From Chlorokybus atmophyticus (taxonomy: Eukaryota; Plantae; Mesostigma and Chlorokybus algae): DNA of 64,000 nucleotides. Below the pieces are notes generated by a model, which saw only the letters and a program-made list of their open reading frames with translations, searched no databases and was not told the DNA's origin. Position 1 is the stretch's first letter. Every line of letters starts with the position of its first letter. The translations under genes were made by a program, and so were the position numbers. Below are positions 50,520-63,004 of the stretch, in pieces. Where the stretch lies: assembly GCA_009103225.1 (NCBI GenBank), contig RHPI01001116.1, positions 1 to 64,000 of the forward strand, read 5' to 3'.

Positions 50520-53111
50520 TCTGTTGTGGGACAGGATGCACAATCAGCGTTCGCATTGCCGATTTCCCAACAGCGCAGACATCTGCTGCACGCACGCGCG
50601 TATTATGAGTCCAAAGTCACGCCAGTCTTGCACACGCTGGCAAGACACTTGGACAGTGGCACCCTCACGCGTGTACGTCTTCTCTCGGCTGTGCGCCTTG
50701 CATGCAACAGTACAACACGAGTCACTTGCAAATTGCCACAAGCGCTAGCTTGCTGACTTGAGCACGAATTGCAGGAACATCTCGCAACTGCAGCCCAAGC
50801 CGTTGTGCCGCGGTTCTCATTCTCCCCAGCGCCAGGGTCCAAGCTCTCCCGCATGCTGAATGTTGCGACCGCGGTGGTTGACTTCATGCAAGTGCGTGTC
50901 TATGGGAGCACAGCGGCTTGTGCACGAAGTGGTAGAGATTGAAACTTCCCTTGCTCATGTATTGGTGGTGATGCAGGTCAACTTGTTGGCAGCAGCGGAT
51001 TCCCTCGACAGGCAGGTTCGCGAGACCCTCAAGCTGCAGGAGTCCAATCCTGTGACCAGCAGCTGCATAGAAGACTATGCGCTGACTTTGGTAACACAAG
51101 TTGCATTGATGTTGCGCGAGTTGTAATGCTGTCTACATGGTAGAGCAATGGCTCAACATATGCCCGGGCCAGGTTCGGCCAAGGATAAGGAGGAAGCTGT
51201 CGACGGTAGGCGTACAAGTATCGCACGACTTTGACAAGTTTAATGTCAGCCAACTCAGCCGCGAGATACTGTCAGCAGCAAAGCAAAGAATCGCGCAGCG
51301 CCTGGAGGCGTTTGAGCTGGATGTGCCAGGTCTGTGACTTGCAGCTGCTGCCATAGCTGTTGGACAAGCACCACATGTTTAGCAGAAGTCAAAAGTTACA
51401 TTGCGTATGCAGTCATCAATCCAAAAAGTCGCAACTCATGCTTGTCAAGTGCTGTGCAATACAGAAGGTTATGAGGTGCATGCTGTAAAGGGTTGTGAGC
51501 AGTACTGTTCTTACAGCTTCTGTTGTGTTATGGACAGGCTCGTGGCATTGTTTATAGCCCATGTTACATGATTACATCAAAGTTTGCAGCTGGCAGTGTA
51601 CACGCAGTGCTTGCTGACCTCTGCTATCGCAACCTTGTGTGCAGACTGGTACTGGGAGAGCACAAGTTCCGGACTTGCGGCAAACGTTGAGCGCGTGCTG
51701 GTTGAGAACGCGCTGCGGAGATTGGAGCAGAAGGGCGTGGCGGTTCCAGTGGAAATGCAGCGCAGCAGTCGCGATGTCGGAGCTCTCAGGCAGTCGCTTG
51801 AGGCGCAGCTCTGCCGGGAGTTGGAAGCCAAACTCTCTTCGCATGCTGCCTCTGCCGGGTCGCTGGGCTACGAAGACCTCAGCTGGCTGCTCATCAGCAG
51901 CGTGCAGGTCTGGCAGCGTCAGTAATGACCAACTCAAGCAATACAAGACAAGTTTGTCACACCAACACCGTCATCATTGAAGCAAGCACAGTAACAGGAC
52001 AGGACAGGACAGGACACCATTTCGTCATGATCGTCATCTTGTGTGCTCATCATTGAAAGATGGCATGTCATGATGTCAGACTGCATTGCCTGCGCTATGC
52101 TTATATAGAGGGAGAGACTTCCACAATGGTCCGCCCTGTAACTGTTGCTTCACCTTGCAACAGAGCGAAGATCCCATCGCGGCGCTGCTGTTAACGATTA
52201 AGGCATGCCTGTCAAAGGGCTGCCTGCCAGGGCAAATTGTGCAAAGGACATCTGTGAGAGCGAAGCTCCACAACGTCATAACCACCGCTTGCAGCAACAC
52301 AGTCCAGGGCAGCCGCTTGCAAAGGGTGCTAGAGGAGCAACTCAGTGCACAAAAGCTTGATGCCGGCACGCTGAGCCATGTGCTATCACAGCAAGCTGAG
52401 GTGTGTCTGAGTGGTTGCATCACATGCATGCCATTGAGCGCTCAAGCAAGTATGCGTACGGTTTCTTCAACAGTAGTAGTCCCATGTTGGTTCCATTAAC
52501 CATGCATGCTTCTGGAGTTAATCCTCATCCTTAGGTGATCTCCATGCTGTCTGAGGCCATAAACGAGGGTGTCAGCAAGGACAGTGCCAGGCGCGCTAGC
52601 CATCTTTTGCAGCAGGCGGCTGCGATCTTCAAGGTCATAGAGGAGCACTCTCTCGGGACAACCGTGGACGCCACGAGCAGGCATCTTTTGAACTTGCCCT
52701 TCCTTGCCGAGTGGGGCGTCCCGCTCAACCCTATGTCGACGGTCAACATCCCATTGAGCTTTGAGGAGGTCTGCGGCAACGACAGCGCACTCCGAGAGGT
52801 GTGTGTGTGCGGGCGTGCACTTGTTCTGTTCTAGAAGAGTGCAAGGACATGCGTGCGCGTGGTCGCGTGCTCTCAGGGCTTTGTGCATCCGTTATTGCAA
52901 GTATTGCAAGCACATCGGCAATGTGCTCTCGCGTGAACATGTTCGTCTTTTCTTGCAGCTGCTCGAGCTTCCAGTTGTTGCGGAAGCCACCGCGGTCGTG
53001 TTGTTTCGAGCTTTGGTACGCATGGGTTTCATCGTGGAGGTAGGCCAGCGGTTGTCCGCTAGCCATCGATTCGGGGCGTTCTGGCGATCCTGCTGGCAGA
53101 ACATGTGGTGA
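50520..53111 (+). CDS. Unidentified multi-exon alpha-helical protein; boundaries approximate
   Basis: Protein-like exons at 50880-51120, 51640-51905, 52160-52400 and 52535-52800 with GT/AG-bounded edges. No family recognised. Confidence 0.35.
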
Positions 53112-54940
53112 TGTTGGAGCTGTGGAGTTTTACTCCCACGGCTGAGTTATTCTTGACTAGTGACCGCTCAGGTTGGTGAGCTGTGATTCTGGGTAACCAA
53201 CTGTACGCGCAAGATCAACAGCACGAGCGGCATTGCAGCTGTTTATAAATTTGTTACATTACTCCTGCTGAGGGGTGGATGTTGGTGAAGTGGATCCATC
53301 ACAGGATTTACCTCTGATGTGATTGGAGTGCATAGCCTTGTAGCCCTGTACAGATTGTTATTGCCACGTTCTCTCAAACCAACTGTCATACAAATTGCAT
53401 CATTCTATGCTGGCTCTGTTGTACTGCGTTGTCATGGACTGCTGCTTTGCTTCCTTGTATCCTTGGCTGCTAGTGCTTACAATAACATTGTGCAGTATGC
53501 CCAGCAGTGCTGTTGGACTTGTGTACCGCTGCCCGCCTGTCTAGACGCCATATTGGATGCCAGTGAACATGCTCCTGCCGGGGGTGGTATAGGCTGCTCG
53601 ATAACAAGCACTCTTTATGCAGACGCATAGTGCAGCCATTGTGACTGCGTGCTCACTGTTATGCCGTCATACACGCAGCACCGGTATTACCATACATTCT
53701 TACCACACATCGTCTGTTCACACAGCATACATTCTCACGCTGCACACCGCCTTCATCTCCACACATCATACCACCATTCTCGATTGCTTGCTGATTGCTC
53801 GCACTACACGTATCTGTGGCCATGGTAAGCAGCAACAGCGATAACAACACCAATTCGATAAGCCTCTTAACCCACCCTACCTACCCACTCCACTCTCACA
53901 CAACTCAACTGCTTAGCTGCATAGCAAGCCATCTTGTTGTGTCCACAACTGTGAACAGGAGCATGTTATAAGATTTACCACAATGTACGAAATAAAGCGC
54001 TTGCGTACTTGATGCCAAACGGGAGTGACAGCTGTACCTACACTCTTAACATAGGTTTGGGTGCAGCATCGGCAACGAATCGAGTAGTAGTGCTGAGGAC
54101 GCCAACGTTGGTGGCGTGCTAAGTGTTGTTTTATAGGTGCTGTCACTGTCATGGTTAGATCAAGCGGTGTGCTGTGATGTGTGCTAAGCTGTGTAATGAT
54201 GTGTGTGGCACAGCTTTTTATCAGACACAATGATGGCGTGGGTGGCGTGAGTGGTAGAGAGCGACTGGTGTTGTGATGTATCATACATAACTTGCATGAA
54301 AGCTTCACATGTATGTATGGGATTACTTGCTTATTTCTGCCTTAACCACGCAGTACTACACGCAAAGTCTCTCATGAATATGCTTGCACAATCCGCAGTA
54401 TCCAGTAATGCTTCACAATGAGCACAGGAGTTCAAACTCCTGCTTTGGACCACATACCATGTCAGAACTCCTGACTCAGGAGTAAGTGATTTTACTGTAG
54501 GCATGACTTAGTTACACAGATCGACTGATAGTGTTGTAGTCTATATGGTGACAGTAGATCTGAGATGGCATACTACACCGACGAATGTGATTGTTAGTGT
54601 TGTAGTCTATGTGGTGACAATAGATTTTAGACGGATTGGTACATCAACGATTGTGACAAGTTGCAGGGGTTACAACAGTAATCAGCTGTAGGCGTGCAAC
54701 TTTGCACGAATATAGCCAGCACTACTAGCAAGACTGAGAATGGTTGGTTACCAAGGCACTACTGACTTAGTGTTTCCCCATGACATAGGCGAGACAGCCA
54801 AAAGCCATTTCCAATAAACTCGCAGTGGAAGCATCAACAGGTGCAAAGCTACTGCTACAACAGTAAAAAATTTACTGTAAGCCAAAACTATACAAACCAG
54901 CCACCAAAACTACAAGCTGTGCTGCTGAGTGTAATCAGCC

Positions 54941-56295
54941 TTACAATACATCAACTTCAACGCCTCCACGGCCAGCATCCTTCTTGGGCACAGTGATAGT
55001 GACCAAACCATGCTCGCATTGAGCCGCTGCGCGCGTACCATCTGCATCTTGTGGCAGTGTAAACTTCTCCACCCTCTCAATCGTGTCACTTGACCTGTTC
55101 GCGGTGACAGTGAGGCTGTTCCCAACAACCCGCACACGCACGTCCTCGCGGCTGTAGCCTGGCACCTCCACGCGGTAACGGTAGGAGGTTGGTGATGATG
55201 ATGAGCTAGTCCTGGCAGACGAAGTTGATGAGGCAGAGGGTCTTGCTTGCGAGTTTGAACTGGAGGTTGAGGCGGTTTCTGCTGAAGTCGTTCCAAAGGT
55301 CTCCCAGGTTTTGCGGAAGGTGTTCAGCATCTCTTCGTATGAAGGGTTGTTGCTGCCAGGCTTGGAAAATGGTCCCTTTTCCCAGGCTTGACGAAAAAGA
55401 TCTTCCAGGTTGGGAGGGGATGTGGAAGTGGAAGTCGAGGTGTTTCTGTCATATTGCGATTTGGCAGTCTGCACTTGTTCCTAATGACAAACCCAGTATG
55501 AGCAATGTGGCATGCACAAGCAGCTGGTGGCATGCAGCACCTGGCAGAGATGCATGATAGTAGGAGCGAATACATATACGCAAGCAGCTGGTGGCATGCA
55601 ACGCCTGGAAGTGATGCCTGCTATGCAAAACAGGTCATCCTACGCAAGTAAGTGGTCAAACAATCGCAGATGACACTGAATAGCCAGTAGAAATGTCACC
55701 AGGACATACACGCACACAAAAAGATCAGTCAATTGTGCCTCGAGCACACAACAACTCCTAAGCAGCCTCACACAACTCCCTACATGCAACGTGTGCACAC
55801 CGCAGCCACCACAACCAAAACGTACCCTTAGCCAGCGCTCCACCAGTGGCCTCGCCGCTGCCGCTGCTGCTCCAACGATTGGCGCCAAGGCCGCGGCCAG
55901 CTCAGCAACCCCTCCAAAGCTATTTCTGCGCCCGTATCCCTTCCCATACCAGCCCGCAGACTCGCCCCATGGCTCAAAGAAGGGGTCATTAGCTGAGGCA
56001 ACAATTCCCTTGCGGCGCTGCAAAGAATTGCATAATTGGTCAACAATCAGCACGCAACTAGTATGCTCACCAAGCCGTGACATACAAACAGGTGTGACTA
56101 CAAGTCAAATCCGCAGCAGACTCAACTTACCTGCACCAGTCTAGAAGGCAGGACAACGGCAGCATAGTGGCGACTGCCGCAGCAAGGGCGCTGTCGCACG
56201 AGCAGACGCGCACCGCTGAACTCGCTGGAAGACGAGGACGCAACGCTGCTGCTAGCTGTTGCCGCCGAAGCCACAGTCGCTGCCGCCGCCGCCAT
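54941..56295 (-). CDS. Small heat-shock protein (HSP20/alpha-crystallin domain), probably plastid-targeted; exons 56295-56131, 56017-55826, 55480-54941
   Basis: YRYRVEVPGYSREDVRVRV...FTLPQDAD...AQCEHGLVTITVPK. Both introns are GT-AG and phase 0. N-terminus is A/S-rich. A TATATATA lies about 55 bp upstream. Confidence 0.85.
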
Positions 56296-59200
56296 GATGC
56301 TCACAGATGCTACCACACTGACAAGGCTACTACAGCCAAAGTGCCAGCATATATATATACTTGCTCCTCAAAATGCTGCCCGGGCGCGGCTCGCTATTGG
56401 TTGTTTGCAGTGCGCGTCATAGCGCGGTGGTTGCCGTAAGCAATAGCCACCGTCGATAGACTCGCACTGGCCATCTCATGGCTGGTTATGTGCCACCAGA
56501 TACTCCGTTGCCACGCAAGCTTAATGATTGTTGCGGAAAGTGCAGTGCGCGGCCGATCTACCGTGGTAGACGCTTGGGCGTCGGATGCCCGCACTGTTGA
56601 ACGACCCGATGTGAATGCTGCATCGACTAGTTAGAGCAGTTTATTTGGAGGATGAACGTGAGCTGCATCCACAGGAAGCGAGTGAATCCGTATAAGTCTA
56701 AAGCAACTCACGGCAGTGCGTAAGATGCCTGTCAGGCTCCCAACTGTTCTGTTCTGGGCCATACCCTTTCCACTTATCTAAATAGCGGGTTGCGCGGCCA
56801 CAACTATTGAGTTTATGGTCCAAAATAGCTTCCACCTCGTATTCGAGCTTGCTATCCACCGTGACAGGTGGAGGTGGAGGCTGAGTCCTTCCGTCTGAGC
56901 GGTAAGGTATCAACAAGTTAACATGGAAAACGTTGTGTACACGCATGCTTGGGGGCAATTGCAGTCTATAAGCATGCGAACCTATCCTTTCAATGGTAGT
57001 AAAGGGACCTAATCATCTGGGAAGCAATTTGCTCGCTCCCGTACCCTTGATGGTTATATTCTTTGCATTGAGCAACACCTTGTCGCTCACATTGAAAGTG
57101 GCCATCTTTCGATGTTTATCAGCATAAGCTTGTTGTCTAGCTTGTGCTTCGGACAAGCACAGCTTAGCTCGAGCCAGATGTTCTTGCATCGCAACGGCAA
57201 AGTCCTTTGCCGCTGGTACAGAGAGTTCATTGCGAGGCATACGCAACGAAGCAGGTGTGTTCGGATGTATCCCGTAATTCAAGAGAACGGGGTTGCCATG
57301 CATTGTGTATCGCGAACTCCGCCATAGGCAATTACTTATCCCAATCTAAGTGGTCGGGAGACACATAATGTCGAATCATTCTTCAAGCACTTGATTTGCT
57401 CGCTCAGTTTGACCATTTGTTTGTGGGTGAAAAGCAGTCGACATGCTTTGTTTCACACCCAACAACCCACAGACTTTTCGCCAAAACGTTGAGACAAATC
57501 TTGAATCACAGTCTATTACAAGCTCGCGGGGAACCCCGTGTGCCCCAAAAAACCGTTTGCACAAACAAGTGTGCTAAGTCCCGTGCACTCACCGTAGTGG
57601 AGCATGGAACAAAATGCACCATTTTTGTAAGCCTGTCGACAAAAACAGTAATAGCTGTGTTTTTAGCAGCTGCTTCCGGAAGGTCAATAATTAAGTCCAT
57701 ACTAACACTGTCCCACTTTTGTTCAGGGATGCTTAACGGTTTCAGCAAATCTAATGTTTCTGTCGCAACGGCTTATTCGTTGGCACACATCACATGTGCG
57801 AGAGTGATCCACATCAATGGTCATTGACGGTCACCAGTACAACTGTTGCGCGTGCTTGAGCGTCGTATGCTTGCTCAAGTGCCCAGCGTACGGTGGGTTA
57901 TGCACTGATTGCATGCACTTTGTGCATAAGTCTGTGAAGTTAGGTATGACCAACTGCTCTCCTTTATACCACAGATTTTCCTTCTTGCTCATTTGAGAAG
58001 TGTTGGCCAGACTGTTAAACCAATTGTCTGTCGCATAGCCCTTCCATACCTCTTTTTAAAAGGGTTCTTGGTGGGTGCAATGCGCTGTATTCGCGAGCGC
58101 GTAAGTGCTAGGAGAACCGGACTGCGGCTAAGTGGATCAGCCATATTGGTGCGTCCGGGACGATATTGCCATGTGAATGTGAAACGAGATAAAAACTCAT
58201 TCCACCTGCCTTGTCGTCGGGATAAGTTTTGTTGCGTGTGAAATAAGGTAAGAGGATTGTAATCCGTAATTACTGAGAATTCCACCCCTTTTATGTATCA
58301 ACGCCAAGTGCGTAATGCATGCACAACACCGAGTAATCATGTTCGGTAGTTGTGTCATTACGTTCGGCAGGGTTGAATTTTCTGCTTTTATATGCATACG
58401 GCTTGTCGCCTTGAAGCACCACTGCACCACATCATATCACCATGATGGTGGATGCATCACTGACCACCACAAAAGGTTTGGTGTGATCCGGAAAAGCTAA
58501 CACGGGTGCCTTTGTCAATGCATTTTTATGCATGAGAAGGCTTTCTCATGTGCTTCTGTCCACCCAAACTTGACATCTTTATGAAGTAAAGATGTTAATG
58601 CATTGGCCATGGTCGAACACCCTTGCATGAACTTGCAAAAGTAATTGGCCAAGCCTAAAAAAGCTCGTAATTAATGCACATCTTTTGGTGGTGGCCAATC
58701 TTTGATTGCCGACACCTTGTGGGGATCAGGTTTCAACCCGTCCTTAACAATTACGTGTCCAGAAAGGGAAGTTTTTCTTGTGCAAAGTTGCATTTGGACA
58801 GGTTGGCAAAGAATTTGTGTTTTCGCAATTTTGACGACACCGTTTGCAAATGCTTGTGGTGTTCCTCCCGGGTTTTTTTATTAAACACAACAATATCATC
58901 TAGATATACCAGCACAAAGTGATACAGCTCATCCACAAAGACAGCATTTATAGCTGCCTGAAACGTTGCGGTTGCGTTCGTCAACCCAAAAGGCAACACT
59001 TTATACTTAAAGTGCCCTATAGGTGTACGAAAAGCTGTCTTTTGTACATCCTCAGGATGAATCCTAATTTGATGATAACCACTTGTCAGATGCAGTGTGC
59101 TAAACACTGTTGCACCTGACAACTTATTAAACATATCATCAATTCTGGGCAAAGGGTACCTGTTTTTTACAGTCACCTTATTTAATGCCCGATAATCCAT

Positions 59201-61061
59201 ACACATTCGCAACCTTGCCATTTTTTTTTGGGCACGAATAGAATAGGTGCTCCGAATGGGGAGATACTCTTGGTAATTAAACCTTTATTAAGCAACTCCT
59301 TTAGCTGCTTTCCCATTTCCGCATGCTCTAAGGGACTTAGCCTATGAAGAGGCCGCCATGGTGGCTTAGCTCCCTCTTCGAGTGGGATTGTGTGGTGAAT
59401 GTTTCTATCAGGAGAAAGCTTAGGGAGTTCTTCCTGAAAAACATCAGCATACTGCTGTGTAAGTGGTTGCACAACGGGGTCTTGTACACCATCGTTTTCA
59501 GGAGTTGTTACCTCGTGTAAGTGCAACAAGTACACTTCCTCTCGTTTGCGCATGCAACGCTTAAGTTGCATAGCTGAGAGGGGTGGAGTAGTATGCTTGC
59601 GATTATGTACCACATGTGCCATTTTTAAAGTGAAAGAGCGTATTCCCCTCTTCAAAGCGCACGTGCCATTTTTAGCATCAAGTAGCATACCCGCTTCGGT
59701 TTGCCACGGTTCACCTAACACCAAGTCAACATTGGGAATCCCAATGTGCACCACAATAAATGTGGTATGTGTTTTACAACCGGCAATAACAAAGCGTTAT
59801 TTCACTTCTCCTAAAGTATTAAGAGTAGAACCAGCTGCTCGTACATACAATGCGACTGGTGTGAATGCGATGTTATTTCTTTTCACCCAAGCGTGTTTCA
59901 CAAAATGTGGTTTGCACCTGTGTCAATTGATGATGTGCTCGAGGCACCCATAAACTGACTCTCAAAACGCCACTTAGTGGTCACACTGATTTACCGTCAA
60001 AAGTTGCCAATGTTGGAATGCCGTAACTGGTTGCGGTTTTGATAAAAATTACCTGCAATGGTAATGTTCCTATTTCGTTTCGCGTGAGTTGAGCAATTAC
60101 CTCCACCCCTTTTGAGTGTTTAGAGCATGGGCCATGATACCAAGGTACCACAACGCATGCAGTGAGGGAATGTTGCGATTGCAACTCGTGCAATTGGTTA
60201 ATTGCAAACAACAATTTAGAAGATGGCACATTGGTGAGAATACAACCACTCGTGTTAGAAACAACGGGGTTGTTTACATCAGTCCACACATCTGAAATAG
60301 CACACAAAGCAGAAACGTTATCAAAAAGTACAGAGGTTAATGTATCCCTCTGCAACATGCTACCAATCACGGACAGTTCATATTTGCTGTCCTTCTTTTG
60401 CTGCTTAGCTTGCTTGTTCTTGTTCGCATAGCAGGTACCCTCAGTGTGGCCCGACCTCTTGCAAAAGGAGCACACCAGGGCTGGCTGCGCAGCGAAAGAA
60501 GCACCAGCAAATTCAGCTGTTTTCACCTTCTTTGCAAAATGAGGCTTGCTGTCAGGTGAACGACGTTTGAGAGCTGCTAATGGCGCAGCAGGCTTTGCCG
60601 CTGAACGTACGGCGTTGTTAATAGCTGTCACCATCGTGATGAGCATAGCTCTTTGGCACGCCACTCCGCCAAGGTGGATGTATTGATGGCAACACGCGTA
60701 AGCAGCTTGTGATCCAAGCCATGCCTAAACATGCTCAACTGATCAGCATCACTGATAGGCAGACGGCCAGCATTGATTTTGCTGACACAGGATTGTAACT
60801 CCTGAATGTATTGTTGCATCGCATGACCATTCTGTCGCAGGTTGTAAAGTTGATTGCGAGCTTGCTGAGCAGGGTCGGTACCACCATAGCGCTGTTCCAT
60901 GAAAGCGCACAATTGGCTTACTTCCCGCCCAGGGTTCGCGTCACGTTGCTTACGGCGATGCCACTCTGAGAGAGCATCCTCCGGAATCAGCAACTCAGCA
61001 ACACGCAACTTTCCCTCCTTAGAAATGCGAAGGGAGTTGACATAGTGTCTAAGCTTCACAA

Positions 61062-62490
61062 TGTCACGGACGACTGAATAATAACGCCACAATGGCCGCA
61101 AAACACACTTCGTGCATTTGTGGCCTAGTGGTTTGTTACAATGGTAACGGAGCTTGACGTTTCAGGTTCAATTCCCGTAGGGGACTGAGGCAGATCCAAG
61201 GCAAAAACAAAACATTTGGGGCGGCTTGCCCTAGGCTGGGCGCTGTCACGAATTGGGATTATTTGTGACAGACCTCGCTCATGGTAGTGTCTTTTGCTAC
61301 CATAGCCTAGTGGTCGGGCCCCAATTGTTTCAATGATATTGGAGCTTGACGTCTCAGGTTTAATTCCCGTAGGGGACTGAGGCAGATCCAAGGCAAAAAC
61401 AAAAACATTTGGGGCGGCTTGCCCTAGGCTGGGCGCGGGATCACGACCTGCGCGCCGAGCCAGTTCAACCTAAGGCCGCGTGAGCGGTTGCGCTGCGATG
61501 GCAGGTTGCGCGGTGAGGATGGCCGTTTAGTCGGTCAGGACCGTTCATGGGCCGAATCCAACAGGCCGCAGGCAGACCGATCGTGGTACGGCCGCAAACA
61601 CGGCGACGTGGGCTAGTGCCTCATTGGATTATGAGGAACTCATGGGTTAAATTGGGGAGGAATGTCACGAATTGGGATAAATTGTGACAGACCTCACTCA
61701 TGGTAGTGTCTTTTGCTACCATAGCCTAGTGGTCGGGCCTCAATTGTTTCAGGCGCGGGATCACGACCTGCGCGCTGAGCCGATTCAACCTAAGGCCGCT
61801 TGAGCGGTCGCGCTGCGATGGCAGGTCGCGCGGTGAGGATGGTCGTTCGGTCATTCAGAACCGTTCGTGGGCCGGATCCAACAGGCCGCGTGCAGACCGA
61901 TCGTGGTACGATCGCGAACACGGCGACGTGGGCTAGTGCCTCATTGGATTATGAGGAACTCATGGGTTAAATTGGGGAGGAATGTCACAAATGGGGATAA
62001 ATTGTGACAGACTTCACTCATGGTAGTGTCTTTTACTACCATAGCCTAGTGGTCGGGCCCCAATTGTTACAATGGTATTGGAGCTTGAGACCGAAAACGT
62101 CCTGAGATCGAAACCGCCTAGCGGCGGTAGACCTAGAAGGATTTTTGAGGTTGTTGTTATCGATTCATGAAGGGTTGCGCGTCAATGCGCGACTTGCCGG
62201 ACGGCAGTCGGACATTCTGACGCGTCGCGCGTACCTGGAGCCGCCGCTGGGTAGTACCGCGCGACTTGCCTGACAACGGCTGACAATCGGTCACTCAGCG
62301 GCGCAATGCGCGCTGCGACCGCTCAGTGATATTTGCAAAAAGTTACACTGCTCAGTGACGAGAAGCTCTGTAAAAACTCACATGAGGACATTAGATACCT
62401 AAGTGGGGGGAATGTCACGGACGACTAAATAATAACGCCACAATGGCCACAAAGCACACTTCGTGCTTTGTGGCCTAGTGGTTTGTTACA
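61062..62490 (+). mobile_element. Chimeric tandem TRIM chain: LTR-79 (61062-61140), internal I, LTR-89 (61983-62071), internal II, LTR-78 (62413-62490)
   Basis: PBS TGGTAACGGAGC (61142) and TGGTATTGGAGC (62073) follow the LTR ...TTACA ends. Purine tracts TGGGGAGGAA and AAGTGGGGGGAA precede the TGTCAC starts. Confidence 0.85.
61244..61751 (+). mobile_element. Complete 508-bp TRIM nested in a copy of its own family; LTRs 61244-61332 and 61663-61751; TSD GGCGC
   Basis: 89-bp LTRs (TG...CA), a PBS-like tgatattggagc, a PPT, and GGCGC at 61239-61243 and 61752-61756. Confidence 0.92.
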
Positions 62491-62491
62491 T

Positions 62492-63004
62492 TGTTACAAT
62501 TGGGGCCCGACCACTAGGCTATGGTAGTAAAAGACACTACCATGAGTGAAGTCTGTCACAATTTATCCCCATTTGTGACATTCCTCCCCAATTTAACCCA
62601 TAAGTTCCTCATAATCCAATGAGGCACTAGCCCACATCGCCGTGTTCGCGACCGTACCACGATCGGTCTGCACGCGGCCTGTTTCGGATCCGGCCCACGA
62701 ACGGTCCTGACCGACTGAACGAACGACCATCCTCACCGCGCGACCTGCCATCGCAGCGCGACCGCTCACGCGGCCTTAGGTTGAACTGGCTCAGCGCGCA
62801 GGTCGTGATCCCGCGCCCAGCCTAGGGCAAGCCGCCCCAAATGTTTTGTTATTGCCTTGGATCTGCCTTAGTCCCCTACGGGAATTGACCCTGAGACGTC
62901 AAGCTCTGTTACCATTGTAACAATTGGGGCCTGACCACTAGGCTATGGTAGTAAAAGACACTACCATGAGTGAGGTCTATCACAATTTATCCCAATTTGT
63001 GACA
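62492..63004 (-). mobile_element. Complete 513-bp TRIM in inverted orientation; LTRs 62916-63004 and 62492-62580
   Basis: Reverse complement of the 89-bp-LTR TRIM. PBS TGGTAACAGAGC at 62914-62903; PPT complement ttcctccccaattt at 62581. Confidence 0.92.

Larger units (their letters stand above)
61062..63004. mobile_element. Composite insertion of miniature LTR retrotransposons (TRIMs), flanked by TSD CACAA (61057-61061 and 63005-63009)
   Basis: Termini TGTCAC...GTGACA. Removing the insert plus one TSD restores the gag frame: AIFDWLV|KLRHYVNSL. Confidence 0.9.

Noticed and set aside
54425-54635. Short palindrome (caggagttcaaactcctg) and a diverged direct repeat of about 66-bp spacing
   Set aside because: Only two degenerate copies with no termini or coding link; cannot be assigned.
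56400-56700. Expected 3' LTR and PPT of the chromovirus
   Set aside because: No purine tract or TG...CA repeat matching 63500-64000 was found, so no LTR is annotated.
61296-61375. Bona fide tRNA gene (anticodon-like TTA loop, A and B boxes)
   Set aside because: There is no complete cloverleaf or contiguous acceptor stem. The sequence is better explained as LTR end, PBS and internal region with a PPT and TSD.
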